DNA of 64,000 bases from positions 7,194,001-7,258,000 of the forward strand of contig NC_086109.1 of the NCBI RefSeq assembly GCF_963921235.1. Reading direction: 5' to 3'. A program made the translations under genes and the position numbers. The notes beneath the pieces are model-generated. The model did no database searches. It was not told the origin of the DNA and saw nothing but the letters and a program-made list of their open reading frames with translations. The stretch comes from Mobula hypostoma. Lineage: Eukaryota. Shown piece by piece: positions 51,781 through 64,000 of the stretch. Every line of letters begins with the position of its first letter. Within the stretch, counting starts at the first letter, position 1.

Positions 51781-53648
51781 TATGTTTTATACATCATATA
51801 GATTTCTTATTATAATTTATAGCTTTTTTATTATTATGTATTGCACTGTATAGCTGCCGCAAAACAACAAATTTTGTAACTTTTGCCAATGATTTTAAAT
51901 CTGATTCTAATTCTGAGGAAGACCCAGCCCCCTCCCCATTGGATTACTGTAGCAATGTGTAGAATTTATAAAGACGGCTTTAAGAGAGCCTCAAGTTCAA
52001 GCCAAGTACAAGTTTATTATCATTTCAACTGTATATGTGTACAGTGCCAAATAAAACAACATTCCCCCAGACCGAGTTTTGTACAACACAGTATATATCT
52101 TACACACAATGCGTAAAGTAACATTACCACAAATAAGTTAACAAGTAATAAGGTGCATATGCAAAACAAGCTAAAAAGTAAAGAGTATAATGCTACTGGC
52201 ACTTCATACTTCAAATAGCTTCTTCCGAAGGCTGTGAGACCGCTGAGCTCCCTGCCACTTGGGTGGTAGCAGGAAGTTCAGTGGTATCATATGGGGGGAA
52301 AAGAAGCTGTTTCCCATCCTGTCATTCTTTGACCTAGAGCTTCTAATGACCTAAAGCCTCCTGTCTGATGGTAGGGAGCTAAAGAGATTGTTGGACAGAC
52401 GGGAGGGATCATTAGCAATGTGAAGAGTCCTGGGTATACAGCGCTCTTGGAAAGTATCCCAGATGGATGGAAGAGAGACCTTGATGATCTTCCCAGCAGT
52501 CTTTGCAATTCTTTGTAGGGTCTTGTGGTTAGAGCAACTATTAATTTATATAGTTAGCATGTTGGCTTCTATTGGCTAGCTTCAAATCTCTTAATAGCTT
52601 CTTTTTTCTCTTTATAGTTTTTTTTAATTAACTTCTCTTGGTTTTAATAGCTTCCCAATACTCTAATCTTCCCACAAAGTTTTGCTATATTATATGCCTT
52701 CTCTTTGATTTCTCTTGTCAGTCATGAGTGCTTCACCCTCCCTTTAGAATACTTCAGCTTCTTTGGGTTGTATCTAGTCCAAGCCTTCTGATTTGCACTC
52801 TGAAACTCCAGCCATTGCTGTTCTGCCGTCATCCATGCTAGTGTTCCCTTCCAATAAATTTTTGCCAGCTCCTCTCCTCATGCCTCTGTGCCTTTACTCC
52901 ACTGTAATACTGTTACATCCGATTTTACCTTTACCTTCTCAAACTGCAGGGTGAATTCTATCATATTATGATCACTGAAGTGTAAGAATGACAGAAAAGG
53001 TTTTGTGAATGAGTTCAAGAGTCCATGTTATTATATTAGGGAAACATTGAATAGTCTTTTAACAATGAGGTAGAAACTGAACTTGGTGATAGACATGTTC
53101 AGGTATTGTGTTATCTGGATGATGGAAGGACGGAGAAGATGGAATGTCCTGTTTGGGTGGGGTCTTGCTTATGCTGGCTGTTTTACTGGGGCAGTGAGAG
53201 GAGTAGATGGAATCCATGGGGACTGGTTTCTATACTGTGCTGAGTTGAGTCCACAAGTCTCTGCAGTTTCTTTCGGTCACGTGCAGAGCAATTGCACACC
53301 CAGCCGTGTTGCATCCAGACACTGATCAATGTGAGAGGTGAATTCAGTTTTTCTCTAGCTCTATAGATGCTTCCTGATGTGCTGAGTACCTCCAGCTTTT
53401 AGTGTTTTGTTTACCATCACAACACCCATTTTAATTAGAGTCATAGAGCCCTGAAGTACAGACACAGGCCCTTCAGCCCACCTAGTCCACAGCCTGTGTC
53501 CTCACTTTCAGGGGATCTGCAGCTTATGTTCTCAGTATTACTTGTTCACTTTTTGAAAATTATTTCCCTGATTTGCCCTCTATTACACATGGGAAGCTTA
53601 TCAGCCTTTGCTCTGTGTATTTTTTTCATGGATTCTATTGTATAAGAA

Positions 53649-54334
53649 GGGAGGAGAAGATGGCGGCACGACGCAGCACGCGCGGCCTCTCTGGTGAAAT
53701 GATATCGTGTTTGTTAAATAGGGGCTGTGCACAATCCTGATTTGATGGAGACAGACGTGAGAAGCACGGAGGAACATCTCGAGAAACTTCTGAAATGCCC
53801 GGTTCACTGCCGCTGCTACTGTGCGATCGAGAGTCTCCAGAGGGGTAGGCCCCAAATCCTTGGCTTTGCCTGTTGCTGGCGGCTGGGGCAGGGTCGAAGC
53901 GCTCAGCAGAGATGGTGCTCGGTGCTTGGTGTCGGAGAGCTGGTCGGAGGCTCTAAGTTTTTGGATGGACTGAGAGTCGGACTGTGGTCGGGTGCTTCCA
54001 GGATGCTGCATCGGTAAGTTTGCGGCGCTGGAAGCTCATGGCAGGGAGAGTTTTCTTCCTTCTCCTGTCTGCGTGAGATGTTGGGACTTTTGAGAGACTT
54101 TGAGACTTTTTTTTACCATGCCCATGGTCTGTTCTTCTATCAAGTTATGGTATTGCTTTGTACTGTTGTAACTATATGTTATAATTATGTGATTTTCGTC
54201 AGTTTTTTTAGTCTTGGTCTGTCTTGTGTTTCTGTGATATCATTCTGGAGGAACATTGTATCATTTCTTAATGCATGTGTTACTAAATGACAATAAAAGA
54301 GGACTGCGTGTCCTCATAATCTAAATCTAATCTA
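53649..54334 (+). mobile_element. ~680-bp non-coding retroposon, copy 2
   Basis: gggaggagaagatggcggc start and (ctaat)n tail; homologous to 21764-22440. Confidence 0.85.
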
Positions 54335-54359
54335 CTTCTTTATTTTCCTGCAGGAAACT

Positions 54360-54626
54360 GGCGGCACGGTGGTGTAGCGGTTAGCGCAATGCTTTACAGT
54401 ACCAGAGACCTGAGCTCTATTCCCGCCGCTGTCTATAAGGAGTTTATACGTTTTCCCTGTGACTGTATGGGTTTGCTCCGGCTGGTCCGGTTTCCTCCCA
54501 CTGTCCAAAGTTGTTAGGTTGATTGGTCATTGTAAGTTGTTCCGTGATTGGGCTGGGGTTAAATTGGGGTTGTTGGAAGGTGTGGCTCAAAGGGCTGGAA
54601 GGGGATAATAAGTAATCTCAATAAAT
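54360..54626 (+). mobile_element. V-domain tRNA SINE, best-preserved head in the window
   Basis: Box A-like tggtgtagcggtt, degenerate box B, V core ggagttt..gggtttgctccggctggtccggtttcctccca, A-rich tail. Confidence 0.82.
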
Positions 54627-55126
54627 AATTAAAAATAAATAAACCAAATAATCTCAGGTTTTATATGGTATACATACTTTGATAATAAGTTCCCTTTGAG
54701 CTTTCTGCCTTGTCCCACTGACCCACTCTTGGATCATTGCCCTCCATACCCCTGTCATCCATGCACTTACCAAAATTTCTTTTAAATGTTGCAATTGCTG
54801 ATCTGAATCAGCTGCTGGTCGTAAACAGAAACTGACGGACACAAGTTAATTTCTATGTCAAACTTTAATTATTTCTGTTTTAAGGTTACTTTTTGCCACG
54901 CCTCATCAGCAATCTCTGAGAAGCTCAGGTCACGTTGTGGAAAATGTGATGACAGCTCATTAGGCAGCAGCAATTTTGATGACACTGGACAACAAAGATT
55001 TTGCTTCCTGAATACTTTTGGGTGTATCTTATGGATTTTGGGCTGCTGATCATGAAAATCACCATGAAATTTCCCTATCACGCACCATTTTTTGAAATTG
55101 CCTATATTTGTTATTTCAATTTATTA

Positions 55127-55528
55127 GTCAAGTCAGAATTATTGATACTAAGATTAAGGAAGGTATTTTTGTTGGTCCACAAATCAAACAGGTCATCAAC
55201 GACACACAACTTGAAGAATTTCTAGTGGGACCAGAGAAAATCGTATGGAGGGCATTTAAGTATGTTGTTGAAAATTTTCTTGGCAACTACAGAGCACCAA
55301 ACTACATGCAGCTGGTTGATAACATGCTTCAAACATACAGAGCCATGGAGTGCAGCATCACTAAAGATTCATTTTCTGCATTCCCATTTAGACTTCTTCC
55401 CTGCAAATCTTGGCGCTGTTAGTGACGAGCACGGTGAAAGGTTTCACCTGGACATTGCGGTCATGGAGAAACATTATCAGGGCAACTGGAATCCATCGAT
55501 GCTGGCTGATTATTGTTGGGCACTTTAG
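55127..55528 (+). pseudogene. Transposase C-terminal fragment, frameshifted
   Basis: KIKEGIFVGPQI...ENFLGNYRAPNY / SLKIHFLHSHLDFFPANLGAVSDEHGERFHLDIAVMEKHYQGNWNPSMLADYCWAL; HxxxH motif and putative catalytic E. Confidence 0.8.
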
Positions 55529-55741
55529 TAAGAAGCCTAGCACTGAGTACAAATAAAAATCACCAACAAAACATTTTAGCTTAGTTGAACAATTACAAAG
55601 CATCAGCACCGTTAAACACATTATATTCAATAAAAGTTAATTTCTTGTTTTCTCCAAATTCCTACATGACACAAGTAGTCTGAAATTTTATTTGTGTTTG
55701 GCTTCAAGCAGTCTATCATAAACAAAAAAAATCTGAGGAAG

Positions 55742-56021
55742 TAGTTAGCACTGTCGTAGTTAGCACAATGCTTTACAGTACAGGCGACCCGGGTCCAATT
55801 CCCGCCACTGCCTGTAAGGAGTTGTACATTCTTCCCGTGACCGCATAGGTTTCCTCCGGGTGCTCTGGTTTCCTCCCACAATCCAGAGATGTAGTGGTTG
55901 GTAGGTTAATTAGTCGTTGTCAATTATCCTGTGATCAGGCTAGGGTTAAATTGGGGATTGCTGGGTGGCGACGCTCGAGTGTCAGAAAGGCCTAATTTGC
56001 ACTGTATCACAATAAACAAAT
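55742..56021 (+). mobile_element. V-domain tRNA SINE inserted within the right TIR of the Chapaev-like element
   Basis: gggtccaattcc box B and V core ggtttcctccgggtgctctggtttcctcccaca. Confidence 0.82.
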
Positions 56022-57434
56022 CAAAATTTGTTGTCCAGTGTCGCTAGTGTATTCAATTCACTAATCTCCGAACTCTACATTCAAATCCATTCGATTTATT
56101 AACTAAAGCAATCACACTATCCAACGAATCAATACAGTCTAAAATAATCAGAAAATACATCAAAAACATGAACAGAGTCAAGGAAAAATAAAAACCATGG
56201 TACAACAGATTGAATCTTTTGAAATAAAGAAGTGGAACTGTCTTTTGCAAATAAATTGTTGAAGCCTTCAGGAGAACTGTCAGAAATTGAATTTAGCAAT
56301 GATCTCTTGAAGCAGAGAGTCAAAGAGTCACAGCGAAGTACAGTACAGAAACAGGCCCTTCAGCCCATCTAGTCCATGCCAAAACCATTTAAACTGCCTA
56401 ATCCAATTGACCCGCACCCAGACCATATTCCTACCAACGACAAACCTACCCAAACCTCTCTTAAATGTTGAAATCGAGCTCACATGCGCACTTGTACTGG
56501 CAGCTCAGAGCTTTGTCTCGAAGTATGTCTGGTGCTCCTTGTAAATGCTTTATTTATTTATCTAGAAGTACAGTGTGGTGTTAAGAGGAAAGATTGAATA
56601 GGATAGGACTTTATTCCTTGGAAAGTAGAAGACTGAGAGGAGATTTGATGGAGGAATACAAAATTGTGAGGGATATGGATAGGGTAAATGCAAGCAGGCT
56701 TTTTCCACTGAGGTTGGGTCAGGCTACAACTTTAATTCATGGATTAAAGATGAAAGGTAAAAAGTTTAAGTGGAACATGAGGGGAAACCTCTTCACTCAG
56801 AGGGTCGTGAGAGTGTGGAACGAGTTACACTACTGTGAAGGCCACATTTTCTCACAGCCTGTTTTTTTTTGCTAATTGTAGTCATAGAGCTTGGTTTCAG
56901 GCCCTTCGGCCCATTGGCTCTATGCTGATCACATTGTCCATCTAGCTAGTCCCAATTTCCTTCATTTGGCCTCTATCTCTCCAGGACCCTCCAGGTACCA
57001 ATTTAGATGACCCTAACCTTACTCCAATGCAATAGTAGTAATGTTGTCTTAAAATGAATGAAAGGCAATTGTTTTATTGTTGTCATGTGTACCAAGATGC
57101 AGTATAAACTTTGTTTTCCATGACTTCCATACAGATCATTCCAAACAGAAGTATATTTGAGGCAGCACAAAGGAAAAGAAATAACAGAGTGATGCACACA
57201 GGCCTGAAGAGTCTCAGCCTGAAACATTGACTGTCTGTTCCTCTCCACAGATGCTGCTTGACTTGTGGTGTTCCTCCGGCACTTTGTGTGCGTTGCTTAA
57301 GATTTCCAGCATCTGCAGAATCTCCTGTGTCACAGAATGCAGAATATGGAGTTACTGGTACAGAATAAGTGTACTGCAGGCTGACGACGAAAGAACAAAG
57401 GTCACATCAAAGCAGATTGAGAGAACAAGAGATT

Positions 57435-58080
57435 ATTAGATTAGATTAGATTATGAGGACACTCATGCATTAAGAAATGATACAATGTTCCTCCGGTATG
57501 ATATCACAGAAACACAAGACAGACCAAGACTAAAACTGACAAAAACCACATAATTATAACATATAGTTACAACAGTGCAAAGCAATACCGTAATTTGATA
57601 AGAGCAGACCATGGGCATGGTAAAAAAAAGTCTCAAAGTCCCGATAGCCCCAACATCTCACGCAGATGGTAGAAGGGAGAAACTCTCCTTGCAATGAGCT
57701 TCCAGCTCCACAAACTTGCTGATGCAGCGCCCTGGAAGCACCCGACCACAGTCCGACTCTGAGTCTGACCGAAAACTTCGGGCCTCCGACGCCCTCCAAC
57801 ACCAAGCACTGAGCACCATCTCTGCCGAGTGCTTTGACCCCAGCCTCGGCTGCCAAGCAGCAGGCAAAGCCGAGGATTCCGGGCTTTCCCTCCGAAGATT
57901 CTCGATCGCACAGTAGCAGTGGCAGCAAAGCAGGCACTTCAGAAGTTTCACCAGATGTTCCTCCGTGCTCTCATGTCTGCCTCCATCAAATCAGAATTGT
58001 GCACGGCCTCTTACTTGACAGATAACAGATATTCATCACCGGAGAGGCCGCGCGCTGCGTCGCACCGCCATCTTCTCCTT
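57435..58080 (-). mobile_element. ~650-bp non-coding retroposon, copy 3 (inverted)
   Basis: (attag)n at the left end and gccatcttctcc at the right end; reverse complement of 53649-54334. Confidence 0.85.
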
Positions 58081-58942
58081 TTTTTTTATCATATTATGAT
58101 TTTCATCATATGAGAGGCTTATTGAGATTCATGCCAATGGAAGCATTTAATAGGTAGTGGGAGCTACATCTTGGCTAGGACAACCTTAAGGCTCAAGTAG
58201 ACTCTGGCAACCAAGTCCAGCTCCTAGCCTTCACGAGTGGCTTAGCTACCAAGCCTGGTGGAACCTTTCCTTCTGACAGGAGAAGGGGCAAAGGTGGGTT
58301 ACTGGCTCCAGTCGCTCCAGGCAGATGGGGCTCATCAGCCGTGGTTGGCAGCTCATCTAGGAGAAGGAATCAATCTTTGATCTCCAACCTCTGCTGCCTT
58401 GTGTCTCTACCCACCCATGGGGAAGGCTTCGGAAGTAAATCCCATAGGAAAATCCAGAGCTGGAGTCTCCAAGGCAGCCCTACGTTGAGTTCAAAACTGA
58501 CTCCAACTCTTGCAACCCTGCTGGTGCCAAACTGTTTCAGTCTCTGCCGGTCCTTTGTTTCATCAAGTACGTGGAGAGGGGGAGCCTGCTGCACGGGCAA
58601 CAGCTTGCTCTCCATGTCGTACTGCCCTGCGTGCCCACTGGCATGTGTTTCATGTGGACAACTAGGACACAGCATCCATAGCTGACCCCGACCAAAGGAG
58701 GGCCTCAGGAAAGGTCTGTTCACGAGTCTTGTAATAGTGCAAAAAAACCTGTCCTTGAGCCCGATGACCTGTATTTTCAAGCTGCTCTTTCTTCTGCACG
58801 ATGGAAGGAAAGGGAAGAGAGAATGTCCAGGTTGGGATGGGCCTTTGATTTTGATGGCTGCAGTGTAAGAGTTGGTGATAGCACACTGCACTGTCCTACC
58901 AAGTACCTCGATGTCCTGGAAACCTGTGGAATCAGCATAGAG

Positions 58943-59022
58943 CAAGGGTTCCCAACCTGGGATCTGCGGACCCCTTGGTTAACGGTAGGGGTTCATGGCA
59001 TTAAAAAGGCTGGGAACCCCTG
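58943..59022. mobile_element. 80-bp hAT (Charlie-like) MITE
   Basis: TIRs caagggttcccaacc / ggctgggaacccctg; exact 8-bp TSD gcatagag at 58935-58942 and 59023-59030. Confidence 0.9.
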
Positions 59023-59242
59023 GCATAGAGTGAGTTAAGCATCTTTTGGATAAAGTCAACAGTCTTAAACTAGGCATTCATTCAGGGAGTTCAAGGCAAA
59101 AATATTTCCAGATATTAAGTAACAAATCAGTTGGAAAAGATTGAGAGGTCAACAGCCATGGGAATGAGTTGATTAACAGACGTTAAAGGAATTCTGGTGA
59201 ATTTTAATAGGAATGTTATTTTTCCGTTATTGCTTGAGTTAT

Positions 59243-60115
<873 letters not shown>

Positions 60116-60309
60116 AGGAAAACAAACGATCTTGTTGAAGTAACAGTCATTCAGGTTTTTCCAAACTGCCCCAATGACTGACATCAGGATTGTTCCAGTA
60201 CAAATTCAACTTTATTGTGGTCATAGACATAGCGAATAAAAGCCATGAAAGTTAACTTGGTCAGTAGCAACATAGTACATTAAAAACATGGCAAGTATAG
60301 GTTAACATA

Positions 60310-60828
60310 CACTCAGTGACCACTTTGTCAGGGACAGGAGTGGAAGCTGGTGTGGTCCCACACTGCTATAACCCATCCACTTCAAGTTTCGACGTGTTGT
60401 GTGCTCATGGATATTCTTTGGCACGTTGTTGTTTTTATGTGATTTACTGTCACCTTCCTGTCAGCTTGAAACAATCTGGCCATTCTCCTCTGACCTCTCT
60501 CATTAACAAGTCATTTCCGCCCACAGAACAGCTGTTCACTGGATTTTTTTTTGTTTTTTGTACAATTCTCAGTAAACTCTAGAGACTGTGTGAAAATCCC
60601 AGGAGATCAGCGGGTTCTGAGATACTCAAACCACCCCATCTGACACTAACAATCATTCCACAGTCAAAGTTACTTAGATCACATTTCTTCCCCCATTCTG
60701 ATGTTTGGTCTGAACAACAACTGAACCTCTTGACCATGTCCGTATGCTTTTATGCATTGAGTTGCTGCCATGTGATTGGCCGATCAAATTTTGCATTAAT
60801 GAGCCGGTGTATAGGTGGCCAGAGAGTG
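60310..60828 (-). mobile_element. Tc1-like non-autonomous element, copy 3
   Basis: TA-cactcagtgaccacttt...gtggccagagagtg-TA; body homologous to copies 1 and 2. Confidence 0.85.
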
Positions 60829-61259
60829 TAAAGTATACATAATTTATATGCCTGCAAAATATGCACAAAAGTACTAGTGCAAGATTGAGAGAGAGAAGGA
60901 AAATAAGGTCCGAGATGTTATATTAAATCTATTGGGCGGTTGCAGTCTTGGGAACATAATTGGTGTCATGGGCTCAGTCAGCTCCTTCGTTTTGCTGTTA
61001 TTGCTTTGTCACTTGGCCTGTTCTGCTTTGTTGCATTCTGTGTTGCCCTGCTGGGTTGGTGAAGGATTGTGTGACGACATTTGCTGGCACTCCCTGCACA
61101 TCCTTGGGTGTGTTGGTTGTTAACACAAGTGATGTTTTTCACTATCCTGTACGTATCGATACACACAGGATAAACAAAACTGAATCGGAATCTAAATCTG
61201 AACCTTCTCTTTTCCCGAATCAGCCAACAGAGAGGGAAGCCAATCAGGGAACCCAAAGC

Positions 61260-61640
61260 AACACACGCAAAATGCTGGCTGGCAGAACTCGACAAGTTAG
61301 GCGGCCTCTAGGGAAATGAATAACAGTTTGATGATTCTTCAGGACTGGAAAGGAAGGGGGAAGAAGTCAGCATTAAAAAGGTGGGGAGAGGAGAAGTAGA
61401 ATAGCTAAAAGGTGATAGGTGAAGCCAGACGGGTGGGAAAGATAAAGGGCTGGAGAGGAAAAATTCTGATATGACAGGAGAGTGGACCATAAGAGAAAAG
61501 CAAGGATAGGCAGGTGAGGAGAGGTAAAAGGCCAAAGTGAAGAACTGAAGAAAAGGGGAAGGGAGGGAAAGTGTTTTTTTATGTCAGAAGGAGAAATTGA
61601 CATTCATGCCAATGTTGGAGGCTATCCAGATGGAATATAA
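61260..61640 (-). mobile_element. PLE 3' fragment
   Basis: Purine-rich strand homologous to 8550-9085. Confidence 0.75.
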
Positions 61641-61704
61641 TACCGGGGGATTTAATACATGCACAGACCAGTTTTTAAAGATAAAGATTAGATTTATTTG
61701 TCAT

Positions 61705-62195
61705 TTAGAACAGTAGAGCACAGAGTAGGCCATTCGGCTCACAATGTTGTGCTGAACCAGCTAAAAGGCAAATCAAAAATACCCAAACACTGATCCTCCT
61801 ACCTACGCCGAGTCCATATCCCTCCATCATCCTTACATCCATGTGCCTCTCGAAACGTCTCTTAAAAGCCTCGAAGATATTTGCCTCTACCACCATAACA
61901 GACAACGCATCCCAGGCAACCATGAATCTTGAGTAAAAAAACTTACCCCTCACACCCCTTTCGAACCTATCCCTTATACCTTTGATGCATGCCCTCTGGC
62001 ATTAGACATTTCAACCCTGGGAAACAGATACTCCCTGTCCACTCTATCGAAGTCTCTCATAATCTTATAAACCTCTGTCAAATCTCCCCTCACCTTTGAC
62101 CCTTTGACACTCCAAAGAAAACAACTTAAGTTTATCCAGCCTCTCGTGATAGCACACTAAACCAGGCAGCATCCTGGTGAACCTCTTCTACACCC
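61705..62195 (-). mobile_element. CR1 3' fragment
   Basis: RGKFFYSRFMVAWDAL..VVEA..FKRR. Confidence 0.8.
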
Positions 62196-62199
62196 TGTT

Positions 62200-62530
62200 T
62201 TAGGGGGCCCTGATATGCAACACCACTCAGCCAGCCGAACTATCTCTCTTCCGTACACCTTCTCGTCAGCATCTGAGATTCAGCCAACAGTAGTTGTATC
62301 ATTGGCGAATTTATAGATGCCATTTGACCTAGCCACCGAATCATGGGTGTAGAGAGAGTAGAGCAGTGGGCTAAGCATGCATCCTTGAGGTGTGCTAGTG
62401 TTGATTGTCAGCGAGGAGGTGATGTTATTTCCAATCTGCACTAACTGTAGCCTCCCAATAAGGACGCCAAGGACCCAATTGCAGAAGAAGGTTACAAAGG
62501 GCGAGGTTTTGAAGCTTGTTGATTAGTACT
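62200..62530 (-). mobile_element. Rex1/L2-type RT fragment
   Basis: Minus strand: LTINTSTPQGCMLSPLLYSLYTHD...IYKFANDTT. Confidence 0.75.
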
Positions 62531-63789
62531 GAAGTCCTCTGTATTAGAACACAGAACATAGACTATTACAGCACAGCACAGGTCCTTTGGCTCACAATGT
62601 CTTGCCGACCTTTTAACCTACTCTAAGATTAATCTAACCCTTCCCTTCCCCATAACCCTCCATTTTCCTTTCATCCATGTGCCTATCTAAGATTCTCTTA
62701 AATATCCCGAATGTATCTGCCCCTCCCATCACCCTGGTAGTGTGTTCCATGCACCCACCACTCTCTGTGTAAAAAGACATATTTCTGACATCCCCCTCTA
62801 TACTTTCCTCCAATATCCTGGGGAAAAAGCTCTCTGGCTGTCCAGTCTATCTATGCCTCTTATCATCTTGTAGATCTCTACCACATTACCTCTCATCTTC
62901 CTTCACTCCAGAGAGAAAAGCCCTCAGCTTGCTCAAGCTTTCCTCATCCCTAATTCCCTCCCTAAATCTCTCCTACCTCTGTCTCTTTCTCTCTCCTTTA
63001 AGACACTTCTAATCTTCCTTAATGACCACTGCTTTCCCAAACATCTCCTTCTGTGAAGGTCTGGTGAAGTCCTGGTGGATTTCCTTTCTACTTAGAAGGT
63101 CACTGCTCCTGTTATGTAAGAAGTGCGAGAGAGGATAGAGTCCCAGTTTCCTAGGGTTGAGGAAAAAGACAGGCTGCAGATGGAGTCAGTTAGCTTGTCC
63201 AAGATGGGATTGGGTGACGGAGGCAGTGATTGTAGGGTTAACCCAAAGTCTTGCTCAAATTAGGCCCATAGAAATACACAGATCAGAAACAGTCCACTTG
63301 GCCCATTAAGTACTTGCTGGCCAAGCCTACTTCCCAGTTCACAGTCCGTAACATGAAATGCTTGTTAGGGCGTATTCTGGAGTTCGAGTATGTAGCAACT
63401 GTTAATTTCACCAGCAACTCATCTTCAGACATGAATGTGGATTGTAGATTGAATTTAAAATGCAGCCGTGAATCATAGTTTTCCTGGAGCTTAGACTAGA
63501 TGTGATTGCAAACCAGACAAACATTTATTTTGAAATGTGTGCCGGAGGAGAGGGCTTTGGGGTTCTAATGTTTTTTTGTCATTCATTCTTTGGGGTTTTT
63601 CTTCTGTTTGGTGGATGTCTGTGAAGACTAAGAATTTCATGTTGTGTACGGTATACATTCTCTGATATTTAATGGAACCTCTGAACCATTTTGGGTGTCT
63701 GGAGGGCGTTTGCAAAGGAGGAGTGTATGTAATTCAAAGGAAGCATTGTAGATACAGGTACATTGTAACGTAGAATTGTCCTGCTGTTA

Positions 63790-64000
63790 CCTTTGATCTG
63801 GAGTATTGTGTACAGTTTTGGTCTCCAAATTTGAGGAAGGACATTCTAGCTATTGAGGGAGTGCAGCGTAGGTTCACAAAGTTAATTCCCAGGATGGCAG
63901 GACTGTCATATATTGAAAGATTGGAGCGACTGGGCTTGTATACACTGGAATTTAGAAGGATGAGAGGGGATCTGATTGAAACATAGAAGATTATTAAGGG
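63790..64000 (+). mobile_element. CR1 fragment running off the window end
   Basis: LEYCVQFWSPNLRKDILAIEGVQRRFTKLIP. Confidence 0.88.

Larger units (their letters stand above)
54983..56040 (+). mobile_element. Chapaev3-like (CMC superfamily) DNA transposon deletion derivative
   Basis: TIRs CACTGGACAACAAA (54983-54996) and TTTGTTGTCCAGTG (56027-56040); internal transposase C-terminal remnant. Family assignment is from remembered motifs. Confidence 0.75.

Noticed and set aside
54360..54435. tRNA gene
   Set aside because: The tRNA-like head runs into a V-SINE core and tail, and box B is degenerate. The same reasoning applies to 3793-3860, which has a TSD and SINE tail.
56045..56335. A-rich, coding-looking stretch after the Chapaev-like element
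   Set aside because: The + strand frames I translated contain stops, and I recognise no protein similarity.

Overview
Eukaryotic, repeat-saturated non-coding DNA (intergenic or deep intronic). The mix of CR1 LINEs with short microsatellite tails, Rex1/Babar-like LINE ends, V-domain tRNA SINEs and Penelope elements suggests a jawed vertebrate, most likely a cartilaginous fish; this is inference from repeat families, not a database result. I could not recognise any host protein-coding exon, rRNA, true tRNA or CRISPR array. Nearly all ORF-track calls are TE fragments or chance frames. Well-supported content: (1) a 2.1-kb Penelope element with a 13-bp TSD, plus scattered Penelope 3' ends, several with minimal hammerhead motifs (the one at 10141-10178 looks intact); (2) many CR1 copies, including an uninterrupted 485-aa RT ORF; (3) an RTE/BovB-type insertion with an 11-bp TSD; (4) Tc1, mariner, hAT and Chapaev-like DNA transposon derivatives; (5) a Gypsy remnant; (6) three copies of a ~650-680-bp non-coding retroposon. 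The least explained structures are a ~1.5-kb tandem triplication at 18.3-23.65 kb, whose non-TE core keeps CCAAT, TATA-like and splice-donor motifs (possibly an array of alternative promoters/first exons), and an old duplication linking 12-14 kb with 47.3-48.4 kb. Many boundaries were placed by eye and are approximate unless a TSD or TIR is quoted.
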